Source: Cenococcum geophilum
Lineage: Eukaryota
Length of the DNA stretch: 64,000 nt
Direction of reading: 5' to 3'
NCBI GenBank assembly: GCA_050273025.1
Contig: CP158635.1
Span: forward strand, 15,252,001 to 15,316,000
Of the stretch, positions 1-13,350 are shown piece by piece; the first letter of the stretch is position 1; the number at the start of each line of letters is the position of its first letter. The position numbers were made by a program, and so were the translations under genes. Below the pieces are notes generated by a model. It did not search any database, was not told the origin of the DNA, and saw only the letters and a list, made by a program, of their open reading frames with translations.

Positions 1-1644
1 TATTATAACAAAATGCAAAACTTTTAATTAAATATTCTTTTATTTCTTATAGCATATTATTATCCCTCTGTACATATATATCGTCTACTGGTCTTATACC
101 TTTTACTATATAGTAACTCTACCCACTTCTATAGTCTCTGACGTAATAATCCTATTTTCCGCAATTTATGCAAGCTCCTTTTTTAAACTATTTCTCTTGT
201 TATGGAGTCCGCCTAAATATCTTCTGCTATTAAGATCCCTAATTCGGCCTTTACTCCTTAGACCTTTAATTACTTAATTCTTATCCTCTAGGTTTCTATG
301 GTTTGCTCCATCTCTTATAGGCTTCTTTAGTACTACTTAGGTCTATTAGCTCTGCGCCATACCATAGTTTCTAACTTGGCTTTTATCGTTGCGTACTCTG
401 CGCCTTATATAACTGTAGAACTCTATCCTAGCCTCTCTTAGCCTATTCCCTTTGGTAGATCTAATTGTTAATCTTAATTGCCTAATCTATTAGTTCCCTT
501 AGGGTGTCTATATCTTCTATTAGGATAATCACGTTCTAGACTTTAGCCTTAAGTCCCTGTTTATACTATGCCATAAGCGCCCTATTATTCCACTCTACTT
601 GTGTTGCTAGTGTCTAGAACTATATTATATACTTAATTGCTAAAGTTCGTTATATAAGGTTCTAGAGTTTTCTTTCCGCTATAGTTGTTTTTTCTAGGTC
701 TCTAAATATCTGCGTAAGTCGTTCTATGAATCCTTTCTAACTTAAGAACATAAATCGCACGTCTTAGTTAGTGGTCGTTATTCTATTTGCCTGTATCTCT
801 ATAAGGTAGGGTTTAAACTACTTAAGTACTTTCCCTAATAAGAATAGTCCTATATAGGCTATCCAATCTACAGATATAGGTAATTTTACTCCCTCCTATA
901 AGACCTTAAAGTGCATCTGCGTAAGGAATCCTTTAAGCTTTAACCTCTCTCCTGTAAATCTCTTAATTAATAGTAGCTTAATCTTTACTGCTCCTATCCC
1001 GTTAAGTCTTTCTTCTAATACTATATTATTAGCTGTTAACTAGTTAACTACTTCCTATAGCTATCTAACTATTATAGGTTGCTATAAGTTAGTATCTGCC
1101 ATACTAGTGTTACCTCCTATCCTTAAAGTAGTTGCTGCCGTTAATAGCGTTATAGTGGCTACTTTTAGTAGCATGTTATTCAACTTCTTATATTAATACC
1201 GTAACCGGGTAGTAATTATATAATAGAACCTAGTAGCAAGAACTACGATGGGTTCGTTAATGGGCTAGGTATATAGGAAATGCAAGTATAAAAGTTAATC
1301 AACATAATAATAACTAGTGGAGTAGTTGCCTAACAGATTAACTCTAATTATATTTTAAGAATTACTATAAGGAAGGAACTATCTAGGTAGGGACTAAGGG
1401 TCCTTAAATACATAACCGTACTCCTAAGAAAGTTGTTACTCTGTCTACTCTATCTGCTTTATTTGCTCTGCAATAGATCTTATAGATTATACAGATTATA
1501 CAGATTATATCACGTGACTCTGCTTACCATTCCTCGTCACATGGTTCCACGGGTTCCATCCTAGACCGTGCTTGTATTAACCAACTAGCTTCTTCCAACT
1601 CCTCTCCAAGTAGTTGTAACATTGTACTTAAAGCGTCCGTAACA
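1..1644 (-). mobile_element. Gypsy LTR retrotransposon, family A: 5' LTR and gag, running off the left edge, RIP-mutated
   Basis: The reverse complement matches the LTR and gag start of the element at 23764. LTR is 1219-1644 (starts TGTTACGGACGCTTTAAG on the minus strand). gag ATG is at 1174. Confidence 0.9.
1219..1644 (-). repeat. LTR of Gypsy family A
   Basis: Homologous to the LTRs at 23764-24187 and 31094-31500. Confidence 0.88.
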
Positions 1645-2109
1645 GTAACACTAATAATCTATAGGGGTCCTTTTTAGGACGTAGTGTGGCGTTCCTGCAA
1701 TAGTTATAGCGTCTTAGCGTAATGTCTAATACGCATAGCCTCTTTTATGTAGTATAATTATTATATAAAATATTATCCATTTAACTAAAGCCTCTTTCCT
1801 TGCCTAAAAAAAGGTAGCCGCTATAAAGTCGGCCGCTATAACTATGGGGATAGATTCGTCTAGGATTTTAAATATGCTTTTTAATTGTATTATATTACTT
1901 AAAATATTCGGGCAATTAATAAGCTAAAACCCATATATTAATCTTTATAGGTAACTTTATACTACTACCTTCCGCTTACGCGCGTAAGCGTAGTATCCGT
2001 CTTTAAACTATAATTTCCTTACTTATAATAAACCTTATATATAACGTAGACTTAGGAAATATAGTATAAGCTAATCCCTTTAAGGGAACCTCTGGTTCTT
2101 ATAATAGGG

Positions 2110-2760
2110 TTTTTATCTATAAATATGGTAGATATATGTGTTATCTTTATAGGGAACTACCTTAATATAAATAGACTTTATAAGTGCCTAGGAGAGATTA
2201 AAGAGGAAATTTTCGGTATAGTAGTTTTCTTTAGCCTTATTTATCTATTTTATATCACTAATATAAATAAACCAGTTTACCTACAGACGCCTTACTAAGT
2301 CGCCACCAATAGTGTTTTTATAAATTTTGCGAGTCTTATAGATAGGATAAGATTTCTTATTAAGTACCTTTTATATTAGCGCGTTAATCGCAGCGTCTTT
2401 ATAGTTGCTATCCTAAATTTTATCCCCAAATATATACGTAGATATAAGACGCTCCTACTTAACCTCTATCTTAATATCCTCTTCTATAAAGAATACTCTA
2501 GTATATAGCTAATAAATATACGCTAAGACAACGTGCGGATCGTCCTTTAGTAATAGAATAACGCGGTCCTAGACTTCCTTTTATTTTTGCTTAGTAGTAT
2601 TTATAAAAAATTATACAGATGCGTAAAGAACGTCTTAATAGATACAAAATTTTATAGGATTCTTTACTCCGATAGAAAGTGTTATTATATTAACCTTAAG
2701 CCTTATTCTTAGATTAGTATAGGTGTTTTATATATAATTTAAAGTAACTTACTTAGGAGC
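2110..2760 (-). pseudogene. BTB/POZ-domain protein, RIP-inactivated
   Basis: De-RIP reading gives roughly F.IHQDVLCASAQFF.NA.KQKWKE.QDRVI.LPKDDPHVV.AYIHWLY...YIFGDKIQD.NYKDAAIDAL, a typical fungal BTB pattern. Many TAA/TAG stops. Confidence 0.7.
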
Positions 2761-3369
2761 CTCTGTAGATAGCTTCCGTTAAAGTATATCTTTAAAAGAC
2801 GGAGCTAAAAGTATTATAATACTTGTTTATATATTATTAATATAGGGGTCTTAAGTTATCCCTTTATTAAGTAAATATTTAAGTAAGAATATTAAGAGAG
2901 TGCGGGACAGATTGTTAATTTATGGGATTTAGGTAGGAAAGATCTAAAATGCGAAAATCTTAGCGTTATGTTTACGTATAGCTGGCGGTTAAGGGTAACA
3001 ACTATATAGCTATTCTATAACTTACTATAAGCGTTTCCGCATATTCTTGTTTATATTTATTATTATAAGAAATTATATATAGTACGGCTTATAGGAGCTA
3101 GCAGAAAGGACGGCCGACGCGTACTAGCTATACTTTATAAGCCGCTACTATACCCTTATAATAACGACAGACTAAGAAAGTAGAGGAAAATTTATCTTGG
3201 ATATTCTTTTATATATATCCTGGTTATTTATTTACCTAGTTCCCGCTATAAGGCCGTCCGTGCGCACCTAAACGTAAAAAAAGAAGCACTAACCTAGAGG
3301 AAGTCGCGAGGCTTATTACGAACCTAAAAGAGACTATAAACAGCGTTATTATAGAGTAGGGTAGTATTA

Positions 3370-4036
3370 GTAGTAACTCTTTGATTAACGTCTGATACGG
3401 ATCCTACTGGCCCACGCAGACTACTCCGTCACAGGGGGAAAACTTGTGTATTTACAGGAAGAAAACCCTGCAGTTGGGTTGGGGGAGGAAAAACCCTATG
3501 AGCCACCTCAGTAGGATGAAAAACCCCGATTTGCCATATCCGTCCGTAGCAGCGGCCCTGCGGGCCTACGGCTACATCCTGTCCTCCTTAGATGTCTTGA
3601 ACTCCTTGGGAACCACTGCTTCCTTCTCTCCAGCTTATCCTAAGCTGAGGTTCACTACGTCCCAGCTAGGCCTTGCCAGTTGATCGATCGCTGTGCCTTA
3701 TCGTCGTTTCCCGTATTTTGACCGTCCCCTGTGTGCTATCTCTTGTTAACCATTGCCATATACGCCATGCCTTCCCCCCCCTAGGGCCTATCGAAGGCGT
3801 AAGGGGGATTCATCCATAAACTACCACTATACTAAGAGGCGAGCAGGACGTGTGTGTGTATGCCTGGGTATCTTTTGTGCCTAGGCCCCAGTTGCTAGGC
3901 CCTCGCCAAGGGTCACCACTCCTTGAGAGGAGACAGGAAAACCGTACGGTATTGTCCAGGCTGCCAGGTAGTATTTGGTAGTTGATAGCGAGTGACCGCA
4001 TGCTCCGCGGGCGATCGCCCTGGGGGTTAGGAGGGA
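3370..4036. mobile_element. GC-rich unclassified insertion between 13-bp direct repeats
   Basis: Abrupt GC-rich island in RIPped DNA. TAGGGTAGTATTA occurs at 3357-3369 and 4037-4049. Confidence 0.4.
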
Positions 4037-4059
4037 TAGGGTAGTATTATTAAGAGTGT

Positions 4060-4960
4060 TAAAGCTAACCTTATAGGGATTAAATTGGAATAGGGAAGCC
4101 TTAAGACTTAAAATACTAAACTCTAAGAGAAGATCCGTTCCCTCCGAACGTAGCTTAACACTTTTTTAGCATTGCCCCCATTAATATAATTATGGGCGTT
4201 AGTAGCGGCTAGCGGAGGCGTAAGAGGATTAGGAATAACTCTCTTGCGAGTAATAAGTACTAGGAGCCTAAATAAGAAGCCTAACCGCTAGCTAGTAGTT
4301 AATGTCAGATAAGTAAGAGAAGAAGTATTAGAGAAGGTAGTGACGACTTAAACAAGGAAGCTAAAGGGTAATAGCTCTTTAGCCCTACCTTAAGTATTAT
4401 AAAAGGGAATAGATATAATATTGTTTGTTATATATAAGGTATATACCAAAATTATAGGCTTAATTATATTGGCGCTTAGGTTATCTAAAACGTAGTCTAT
4501 TGATAATATTTGGTATATTAAAAATGCGCTTATATATTTATAAAAGTTAAATAGAATTCTAATAATATAGAACTTAAAATTAGCTAAATTTAGTATAAAT
4601 TTATATATTAGCTGTACTAATTTAGCTAAAACTTTGTCTACTAATTTTATTAAAGCTTTAATTATCTTCAAAAAGCGTAATAAGTTTAGGAGCTTAGGTA
4701 AAGATTTTCTTATTAGTTGGTGAGAGTCTTAAAGGTGCGTCTATAAAGCTTAAAGGCGGCGTAATATGCTAATATTTTCCTTAAGGAGGCTGCGTAGTAG
4801 ATATAACCGTATATTGTGCCACGGGAAGGTCCGCATTGTAAAGTTAAGCGGTAGTATTTGCGAGAACTGGTTAAGGTTCCGTAGGCTTTATTTAACTTAA
4901 ACAGCCAAATAGTACGCAATAGCGTTAGTAGGGACTGTGGCTATATACCGCTACCACGCT
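4060..4960 (-). pseudogene. Uncharacterised RIPped gene divergent from the NLR, paralogous to 10660-11750
   Basis: The reverse complement of about 4650-4880 aligns with about 10740-10960 (QHITPP.S..APS..S.TDEK.FTQAP-like peptide). Confidence 0.4.
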
Positions 4961-5029
4961 ATACTTAAGAGTGTTAGTTTTTACGCCAACTAGTTACCCG
5001 TTTACTCTATATTCTCTATTCCTTAATTT

Positions 5030-6192
5030 TAAAAAGTATACCCTTAATAAAGGTTTAGTTAGTATAGCTTAGCTACCCTCCCTACTAGCAAAGGCGAGCT
5101 TAAAGTATTTTACGCTTTAATCCCTTATTATAAACACCGCTAATTATACTGTCGTTAAACCTATTCTGTGCTAAGTTAAAATACGGGCGTTAGTAGAAGG
5201 TAGCCCTATAGCTAAGCATATAGTAAAACTACTTAGACTTACCTTAGGCAGCAGTTTTAGCAGTAAGCTTTACCTAAAATAGTTAAACGCTATACTTAGA
5301 CGGCTATATAGATAGTATGCCATTATAGCCTACTATAATATTTTATATAGTAAAGTATCTTATATAAATTAGTTTATTTCTTTAGTCGCCCTAGCTCTAA
5401 TTAAGTACCTCTACTATAATAAAAAGCACTAAACTATTTTTAATTTAGTAAGAGAAGGAAGATTAGGCCTTAGTATATATTTAATAAAATAACTAGTAGC
5501 GTCTTACCCTGTACGCATTTTTATATACGCTTATTAATAGTAAGGTAGTATATAGGTACTTAGTAAGCTATAGCTAAGGGCACTCCTATTTATAACTTCT
5601 TTTATACTTTCTAATACGCTCTTTATTTTTAAACTAAGCCTTATCTTAAAAGCGCTAGGCTTTATAATAAGCTATAAATATATACTATAATTTATAAAAC
5701 TATATATATAGCGGCAATTTCTATAGTTATAGCGCCCTATTTTTAGCTGGCAATCGTTTTAATATAGGTAGTGATAATATATACTTTATAAGTCTAGGTA
5801 TTATAAGTAATTAAGCCGGCCTTTATTATATTATATTAAGGCTAACTTTTAGTATATAAGATAGCTGTAAACGACAATACTAATAATTAATGCTTAAGCG
5901 CTTAGCGTTTAACTAACCTATAAGAGGATAAAGATTAAATTTTAAGTAGTAAAGATCCTTTACTTAAAGGCTTATATATATAAATCCTCTACAATTAAGC
6001 CTTTATATAGTAGTGGAATAATAATAAGTCCCGTATTTTATAGATATATAGTAATCTAGGTAAGGGCAAGACAATAATAATAATAGCTTTTATTAACGAG
6101 ATATTACGGCGGCTTTAGTTAAGCCCTAGGTTAGGGATTTTATTATACTTCTTTTGCTAGAATATAATCTAGGAACTAAATAATGTAGTTTT
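5030..6192. repeat. Inverted duplication, arm 1 (NLR upstream region and N-terminus); partner at about 9456-10615
   Basis: Near-colinear reverse-complement match over about 1.15 kb, differing mostly by transitions. Confidence 0.9.
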
Positions 6193-7960
6193 AATTATTT
6201 AAGGCCTTACCTACCTCCTAGCTACGCTAAATCTAATATAACCTAGTATCTATGGAAGAGGTATAATAAAACCAACAGCCACTCTTTTAAGGGGTTTAAT
6301 ATACTCTATAGCCTTTAGAGAACGCTTTTAAAAATAGTATAGGATTTAAGTTATCTAAGAGTCTACTTAATAGTTAATACTTTTAACGAGTGCAATTCCT
6401 AGTCGCTTAAGGCCTTTCTAAAACTACTTAGCTACTCTAAATTGTTAAGTAAAGTCAAGTAGGTAGTAACTAGCCGTAACGAGACAAAAATTAATAAATA
6501 TCTTTAATATAGCTACCTTAGCCATAATATAAGCCTAGAGTTAAACTTATCCTATATTTTAGAAGTTGCTTCTTTTATTAATTATAAGGTTAACGATTTA
6601 GCTACCTAAAAGAACTATAGAAGTGGGCTCTAGAGTTTTATTAAAGAGTATCTTACTAAGTATACAGATGGAACCTTTCTATAGGTAGCTTTAGTCTATA
6701 AAGAACTTAAGAAAGTACTAGTATAGAGAACTCTAGATATCTATATAAAGTTCCTAATAGGACTAGAGCCTCTCTACTAGCGAATATTAAAGTAAATTTA
6801 GTATAATAGAGATCTGGAAGAGGTAGAAGTCTACCTATAAATTCTTCGCACAATTACGCTCTTCTATTGTCCTCTATACCTTAATAAAATAGGAATTATT
6901 GCCGGCTTTTTAGAAGATCTTAGTAATAACTTATAAGCTTTGCAAGATCTAGTTAGCTCTTATAGTTCTTTCTTAACGCTTTATAAGCCAATCGTCTACT
7001 TTGTCTATTAGTTGGCAAAGGACTACTTTAGCGTTAGTAATAGCTTAAACCTCTTTCTATTAGGGCAGACTAAGGCGTATAGCCTACTAGCTAATTAATC
7101 GCTGTGGCTTATATCAAACTCTCTAAGAAAAGATATCTGCGGTTTATAGAGGCTAGGCACCCTTATATAAAAGGTAGATAATAATATAGTAGGCCGTTAT
7201 ATTCCCACACACGTTTAGTATATATATTACTACTAGGTACACCATCTAAAAGAGAGTAAAAGTCCCCTTAAAGACAATAAATAGGTTTATATATGCCTTT
7301 AAGAGCACTTCTATATTAGCTTAAAGCTCTTAGTTTAATAAGGAAGATCTCTAATAAGGCTATTATAGTAAGACTATTAGAAAAAATGCTTACCGTAAAT
7401 AATTAATTCTGCTAAGCTGCAGTGCTAATAGCTAATTTAGTAAAATAAAAGCATAATACAAATTCGCTTCTACTAGTGATCATTCGTAATATAAAACGCT
7501 TTATTCTCTGTTTTGGGTCAATCATTAAAAACGCTCCTCTGCAGACATATAGCGCTGCTCTTACATTTAGTCCACTAAAAAGTGAAATTAGGAAACAGTT
7601 CTGGAATCACAGACATCCGCTAATTAAACGTGTCCTGCACGTAGAAGAAACCTAGAATTCAGCGCGCGGCACGCTTAAGGGCATTCGGATTCGGTCTGGT
7701 CGGTCGCATTCTCGCCAGACGGCCAGCTGGTTAAGACAGATAGTAGAGCATTAGATATTCGTTCTCTTCTCTTTAGTACTGTTTCTTATTCTTCAAATTA
7801 TTTATATACCCTCTTTGTAGCAAACGACTGGGTAATTAGGGAGGAGAAAAATATCCTTTAGCTTCCTTTTAATTATTATAAGACTTATACAGCCGTGCGG
7901 AACAGTATTTTTATCTTAGGACACTTATCTAGAGGTGTTTTATTCTTCGAATTAAAGTGA
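5674..7960 (+). pseudogene. NACHT-WD40 NLR (HET-E/HNWD-like), RIP-inactivated
   Basis: Walker A region ILWIHGNPGKGKTMMM near 6040-6080. FFCQ, Walker B YLIVD.FDEC, KWVVTSR, ADGTFLWVALVCKEL and VYFVHQSAKDY motifs follow. One WD remnant HSDSVWSVAFSPDGQLV lies near 7682-7730, then a C-terminal ILWLP motif. Confidence 0.88.
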
Positions 7961-8278
7961 CCTTATTATCTTAACCTCTTCCCTACCTACCTCCTACTTA
8001 TTTAGATTTCTTATATACTTACTAATAGAATCTGCTAGAATAACTCTGCCTAAAAACGTGCCTAGTTTTGAAATTAATTCTACTTTAAAATCAATTTTGC
8101 TTTAAAATTAATTCTGCTTAGAAATTAACTCCGCTAAGAAATTAATACTGCTTTTAAGAGGATTAGTTAATTAGTAGCCTATATATCTATTAGCTTAACC
8201 TAGTTTTGAAATAATAATAGTACTAGTAGGTATAGATTTACTTCGCAAATCCTATACCTCTGTTATGCTTAGTAGGGC

Positions 8279-9455
8279 AGGGGGCTGCGCTACGGGGGCT
8301 GCTTTATAGTAAATTATAGAGCTGCGTAGAGCTTTATAGAGTTATATATAGGCGTTATATAGGCGTTTATTCGGGCGATCGTATAGACGTTATAGAGCCG
8401 CTCGTAGAGACGATTATACGGCGATTAATTGTATAGGCGTTTATATAACCGATTATAAAGCCTTTCTAGTATATTAGTGCTGTATATTAGTAGAGCTTTA
8501 GACAGTGTAGCTAATAGGCAGCGTTTAGCGAGTAATAACGCTATTTGCTAATTAACTATAGCTAATTATATATATACGCTGACTATAAAGCTAATAGCGC
8601 GCTTATCCTAATTAGGTAAATTAGATAGATCTACTAGAGCTATGGGGTTAAAATTCTAGATTTTTGGCAGCACCTCCGTATATATAAATATTAATATTAT
8701 CTAATTTTAGATCTACTCTATTTAACCTTAAATAGTATCTAAATATCTTTAGATTCGATTAGTACGCCGCAGAGGCTTTAAAGTAGGTATTTACACTAGT
8801 AGTGACGGCAGTAGTAAGGATTTAGGTTAGGTAGTTAAGCGGGCTCTCTTTTAAAGTTAGACTCTATTAAGGAATAAGCTTTAGTAAACTTACCTATTTT
8901 AGCTAATATTTCTACTGCTATCTTTAACTTATAACCAGTTAGGTTAGTGTTTAAATTTATTAGCTAAGGCGTAGCTAAGGCGCCGTTAAAGCTAATATAG
9001 TTAATTAAGCTGCTTATAGAAGGTCTTTAAGAAGCTACTACTTCTAATATTAATCTGCTTTAATTGTGTCGGCTATAAGCTTATTACGCTTATTAGTAGC
9101 GATCTTTTTAGTTTAACTAAAAGCTTATTTATAGGCGGAGCTTATTACTAGTATAGAAAATAGATCTAGAGCGATCTTGGTAAGGATTAGATAGAGTATT
9201 TAACCGGTTATAAGCTACTAATTAAGAGAATCTAGAACGACGTTATTTACCTTACTGCCGTTTTTATTATAGATCTTAGTAAGTTTAAGGCCTACGTTAT
9301 AGTAGCGATTAAGCTCCGTAGTAAGCTTAATTTACTTCTATAAGTGTAAGGAAATAAGGTCCTTATTAACTAGTAAAGACTATAGATATTTATCGCTTAA
9401 ATCGTCGTTAGTTAGGAATATATAGCCGTAGTTCTAGCTAGCTAGTAGAGGATTT
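8279..9455 (-). mobile_element. hAT transposon 3' fragment, RIPped and truncated
   Basis: About 9040-9260 on the minus strand de-RIPs to LDWW...YPILTKIALDLFSIPAMSSACEQAFS...RNKL.ADTIEA, the hAT dimerisation domain. The terminus near 8279 is tentative. Confidence 0.75.
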
Positions 9456-10615
9456 AAACTATATTATTTAGTTTCTAGATTATATTTTAGCAGATAAAAT
9501 ATAACAGGATCCCTAACCTAGGGCTTAACTAAAGCCGCCATAATATCTCGTTAATAAGAGCTATTATTATTATCGTCTTACTCTTACCTGGATTACTATA
9601 TATCTATAAAATATAGGACCTCTTATTATTCTACTACTATATAAAGGCTTAATTGTAGAGGATTTATATATATAAGCCTTTAAGCAAAGGATCTTTGCTA
9701 CTTAAAATTCGGTCTTTATCCTCTTATAGATTAGTTAAACGCTAGGTACTTAAGTATTAATTATTAGCACCGCTGTCTATAGCTATCTTATATACTAAAA
9801 GTTAGCCTTAATATAATATAATAAAAGCCGGCTTAATTACTTATAATACCTAGACTTATAAAGTATATATTACTACCACCTATATTAAAACGATTGCCAG
9901 CTAGAAGTGGGGCGCTATAACTATAAAAATCGCCGCTGTATATATAGTTTTATAGATTATAGTATATATTTATAGCTTATTATAAAGCCTAGCGCTACTA
10001 AAATAAGGCTTAGTTTAAAAATAAAGAGTATATTAAAAAGTATAAAAGAAGTTATAAGTAGGAGTGCCCTTAGCTATGGCTTACTAAGTACCTATATACT
10101 ACCTTACTATTAATAAGTATATATAGAAATGCGTAGAAGGTAAGACGCTACTAGTTATTTTATTAAATATATACTAAGGCCTAATCTTCCTTCTCTTACC
10201 AAATTAAAAATAGTTTAGTGCTTTTTACTATAATAGTGGTGCTTAATTAGAGCTAGGGCAACTAAAGAGATAAACTAATTTATATAAGATACTTTACTAT
10301 ATAAAACATTATAGTAGGCTATAATAGCACACTATCTATATAGCCGTCTAAGTATAGCGTTTAACTATTTTAGGTAAAGCTTACTGCTAAAACTGCTGCC
10401 TAAGGTAAGTCTAAGTAGTTTTACTATACGCTTAGCTATAGGGCTACCTTCTACTAACGCCCGTATTTTAACTTAGCACAGAATAGGTTTAACGGTAGTA
10501 TAATTAGCGGTGTTTATAATAAGGGGTTAAAGCGTAAAATACTTTAAGCTCGCCCCTACTAGTAGGGAAGGTAGCTAAATTATACTAACTAGACCCTTGT
10601 TAAGGGTCTACTTCC
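9456..10615 (-). pseudogene. Second, truncated copy of the NACHT NLR 5' region (inverted duplication, arm 2)
   Basis: Reverse complement of 5030-6192. It breaks just after the FFCQ-equivalent motif and joins hAT sequence. Confidence 0.85.
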
Positions 10616-10659
10616 TAGGAAACTATAGTTAGTATTATCTTAAGTATGGCGTTATAGCG

Positions 10660-11750
10660 GTAATGCGCTGCCTCCGTTGCTCGTTGTTTGGCTTAGCGTA
10701 GTTACTAAGTTAACTAAAAATATACCGAAACCCCTAAACCCTAACCAATCCTCGAGATAACTACTATTTAACTTTAGGATATAGCCTATCTTATACTATA
10801 ATATACGGCTTTATTTATATCACAGCCTCCTTTAAAAGAATTTTAGTATATTATACCGCCTTTAGGCTTTATAGGCGCGCTTTTAGCGCCTCTGTTAACT
10901 AATGAGAAAGCCTTTACCTAGGCTCCCTAAGTTATCGCGCTTCTTAGAGATATAATAATTAAAATCTATAGACACCCTTTTAGCTTATATAATAAAATTA
11001 AGTGTTAGCTTAGGCAAGATAAGTTACTATTTAGGTTTATTAAGGATAAAATATAGTATATAGCCTCTGGCGGGGAAGAGGTACTAGCTAATAATACTAG
11101 TTGGATAAATATAACTATAATAGCAGAAGGGATTAACTTATTGTTTATATACCTACTTAGCTATACTAAAGTAGAGCGCTTTTAAGCTTCTATATAAATA
11201 AAGGCTTTATAGCGATAGGTAGAAGAGCTAGATAAAGGGCGGTATCTAGAGCGTATATATTTATTATCTCGCTGCCAAATTAGCAGTTTATGCTATACGA
11301 GCTTGCTTAGAGGTATATTTTAGGCACTATCCTCTTAACAAAGGTATTTATAGCGAAAATATCCTCTTAGGACGCCCTATTAAGCCTATAGTAGAATAAC
11401 CCCTACTTTATTTTATTTATAGAATACTATTACTTTTGCTACGTTTTAGATATTAACTTATAGATAGTATTATAAAAGGATCTATATTTACTAGTTAGTA
11501 ATACCTATAAGGCTACTACTTAATATCTTAAAGCCTTACTATAAGCACTTTAAAATGGAATAGTTTAAATATCTAAGTGCATTTTCTTACTATATGCAGC
11601 TGTTTTTATATATCTTTACTGTTAATATATCTATACTAATATATATAAATCCAGCCTTATTTAAGTAGAGATAAGTATTAATAGTTTATATACCTACTAA
11701 AGTCTACTTTCCTTAGCTCTGTTCTATACTAATAGCTTTAAGAAAGATTA
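10660..11750 (+). pseudogene. Uncharacterised RIPped gene, paralogue of 4060-4960
   Basis: Similar to the minus-strand gene at about 4.6-4.9 kb. A de-RIP LIV.MPTQLH-like motif lies near 11135-11165. Confidence 0.35.
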
Positions 11751-13350
11751 CTCTATAAAAGGCTATAAAACTATAAATTTCTATAAAAGAAGGTCTAGTA
11801 TTCTGCCTTAAATTTATATAATTATTCCTTACTATCTATAGAAAGCAGCTAACTCGTCTCTAAAGGTATATTATGTATATTTAGGAAACACTCTTATATA
11901 GTTACGATTACTTTTACTCTAATAAATGCACGCGTAAGTATAATACGGCTAAATAAAATAGTATATAGTGTACGGAAAATAATTTAAATAATATCTAGAA
12001 TATAAGGACATTATAGGGTATATATAGCTATGATTTAGAGTATAGGACGCCAGAATTAATAGAATAAGCCTTTTAAAGTTAGAAGTGCCCGACGTAATAC
12101 TTTTTATTTATAGTTATAAATATAGCTAAGTTAAATAAAACCTTAGTCTCTTTCTAAATTCCTCTAGCCTTAAATAGAAAAATTTAAGAATATTATTTTT
12201 TAACCCCATTTCTTAAATTACTATATATCTATAATTAGCGCTTTATTATATTATTCTAGCTAATATCTCCTACCTCTAATAGACATTTTCCCTTCTTAGG
12301 CTTTAAACGGTTCTTTCTTAACTTAGTATTATTAGCTAAATATCTATTAGAGAAGCCTTTAAATAAAAGTACTTATAGCGGCTTTAAATTCTTACTAGAT
12401 ATCCCGGGAGGTACTAGCGTTTACCATTTATATATAAATAGGGTAATCTCTAGGTTTATATCCACGCTAGTCTTTAATATATCTAAAAGGAACCTCTAGC
12501 TTTAGTTAGTATTTATAAATTACTTTTAGTTAGTTATTAATACGCCCTAAGAGTTTTATATCTTTAAGAGTATATACTATAAGTATATCACTTTAGAGGC
12601 GCAATTATAGAAGTTGGAGATATATATCCTCGCCAGGCTTAAAGTAATTAAGTAGTATTATAATATTTATAAGACTATACATTGTAGTAAAATAGCGAGG
12701 CTTATTCCCTTTTTTATTAAGTATAGCAGTTAGACTAGAAATAAGGCCGTTAAGCGCTGTGTTAAGATTAGGGCTAATATAAATAATGGTAACTAGAGTA
12801 AGCGTAAAGATAAGACAAGAATGCCTATTAAGAAGATATTCTAGATTTATTTAGACTTAAGATACTATAAAAGTAATTAGGCGGAGCGGAGAGTTATTAA
12901 TAGAATTTCCTATTGCTTAAATAATTAGTATTACTGCTTAACTTAGGGCCGAGCGCTAGAGAGGAGGTAATAATGTTAAGAAGGTTTAGGGGATTAAGTA
13001 GACCTTAAAAATTAAGTATTTAATTTTAGGCGTTAAACAAAAGACCTTTTTTAGATTAGTTAGATGCTCCTTTAATTATTGCTTATTATAAGGAGTAAGG
13101 TATATATTTTATTATCCTAGCCCTATACGCAGTGTAGCGCAGTATAGGCACTTAGCTTAGTATTGCCTTAGGCGTATAAAGCCTTATACTTTACCGTGTC
13201 TCTAATCTTTTATTCTTTTACTACTATCTACACTATTTATAGTTCCTTTATAGTAATTATACTAGAAAATAAAGGTAGAGATAGGCAATTAAAATTAGTT
13301 CTTTTAGGATTAAGAGTTTAGGTTATACAACCTCTCTAACTCCTTTAATA

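Noticed and set aside
4390..4671. 93-aa Ile/Leu/Lys-rich ORF
   Set aside because: Composition reflects RIP-driven AT enrichment, not a credible protein.
10730..10746. CCCTAA telomere-like hexamers
   Set aside because: Only two imperfect units, within a RIPped coding-like region.
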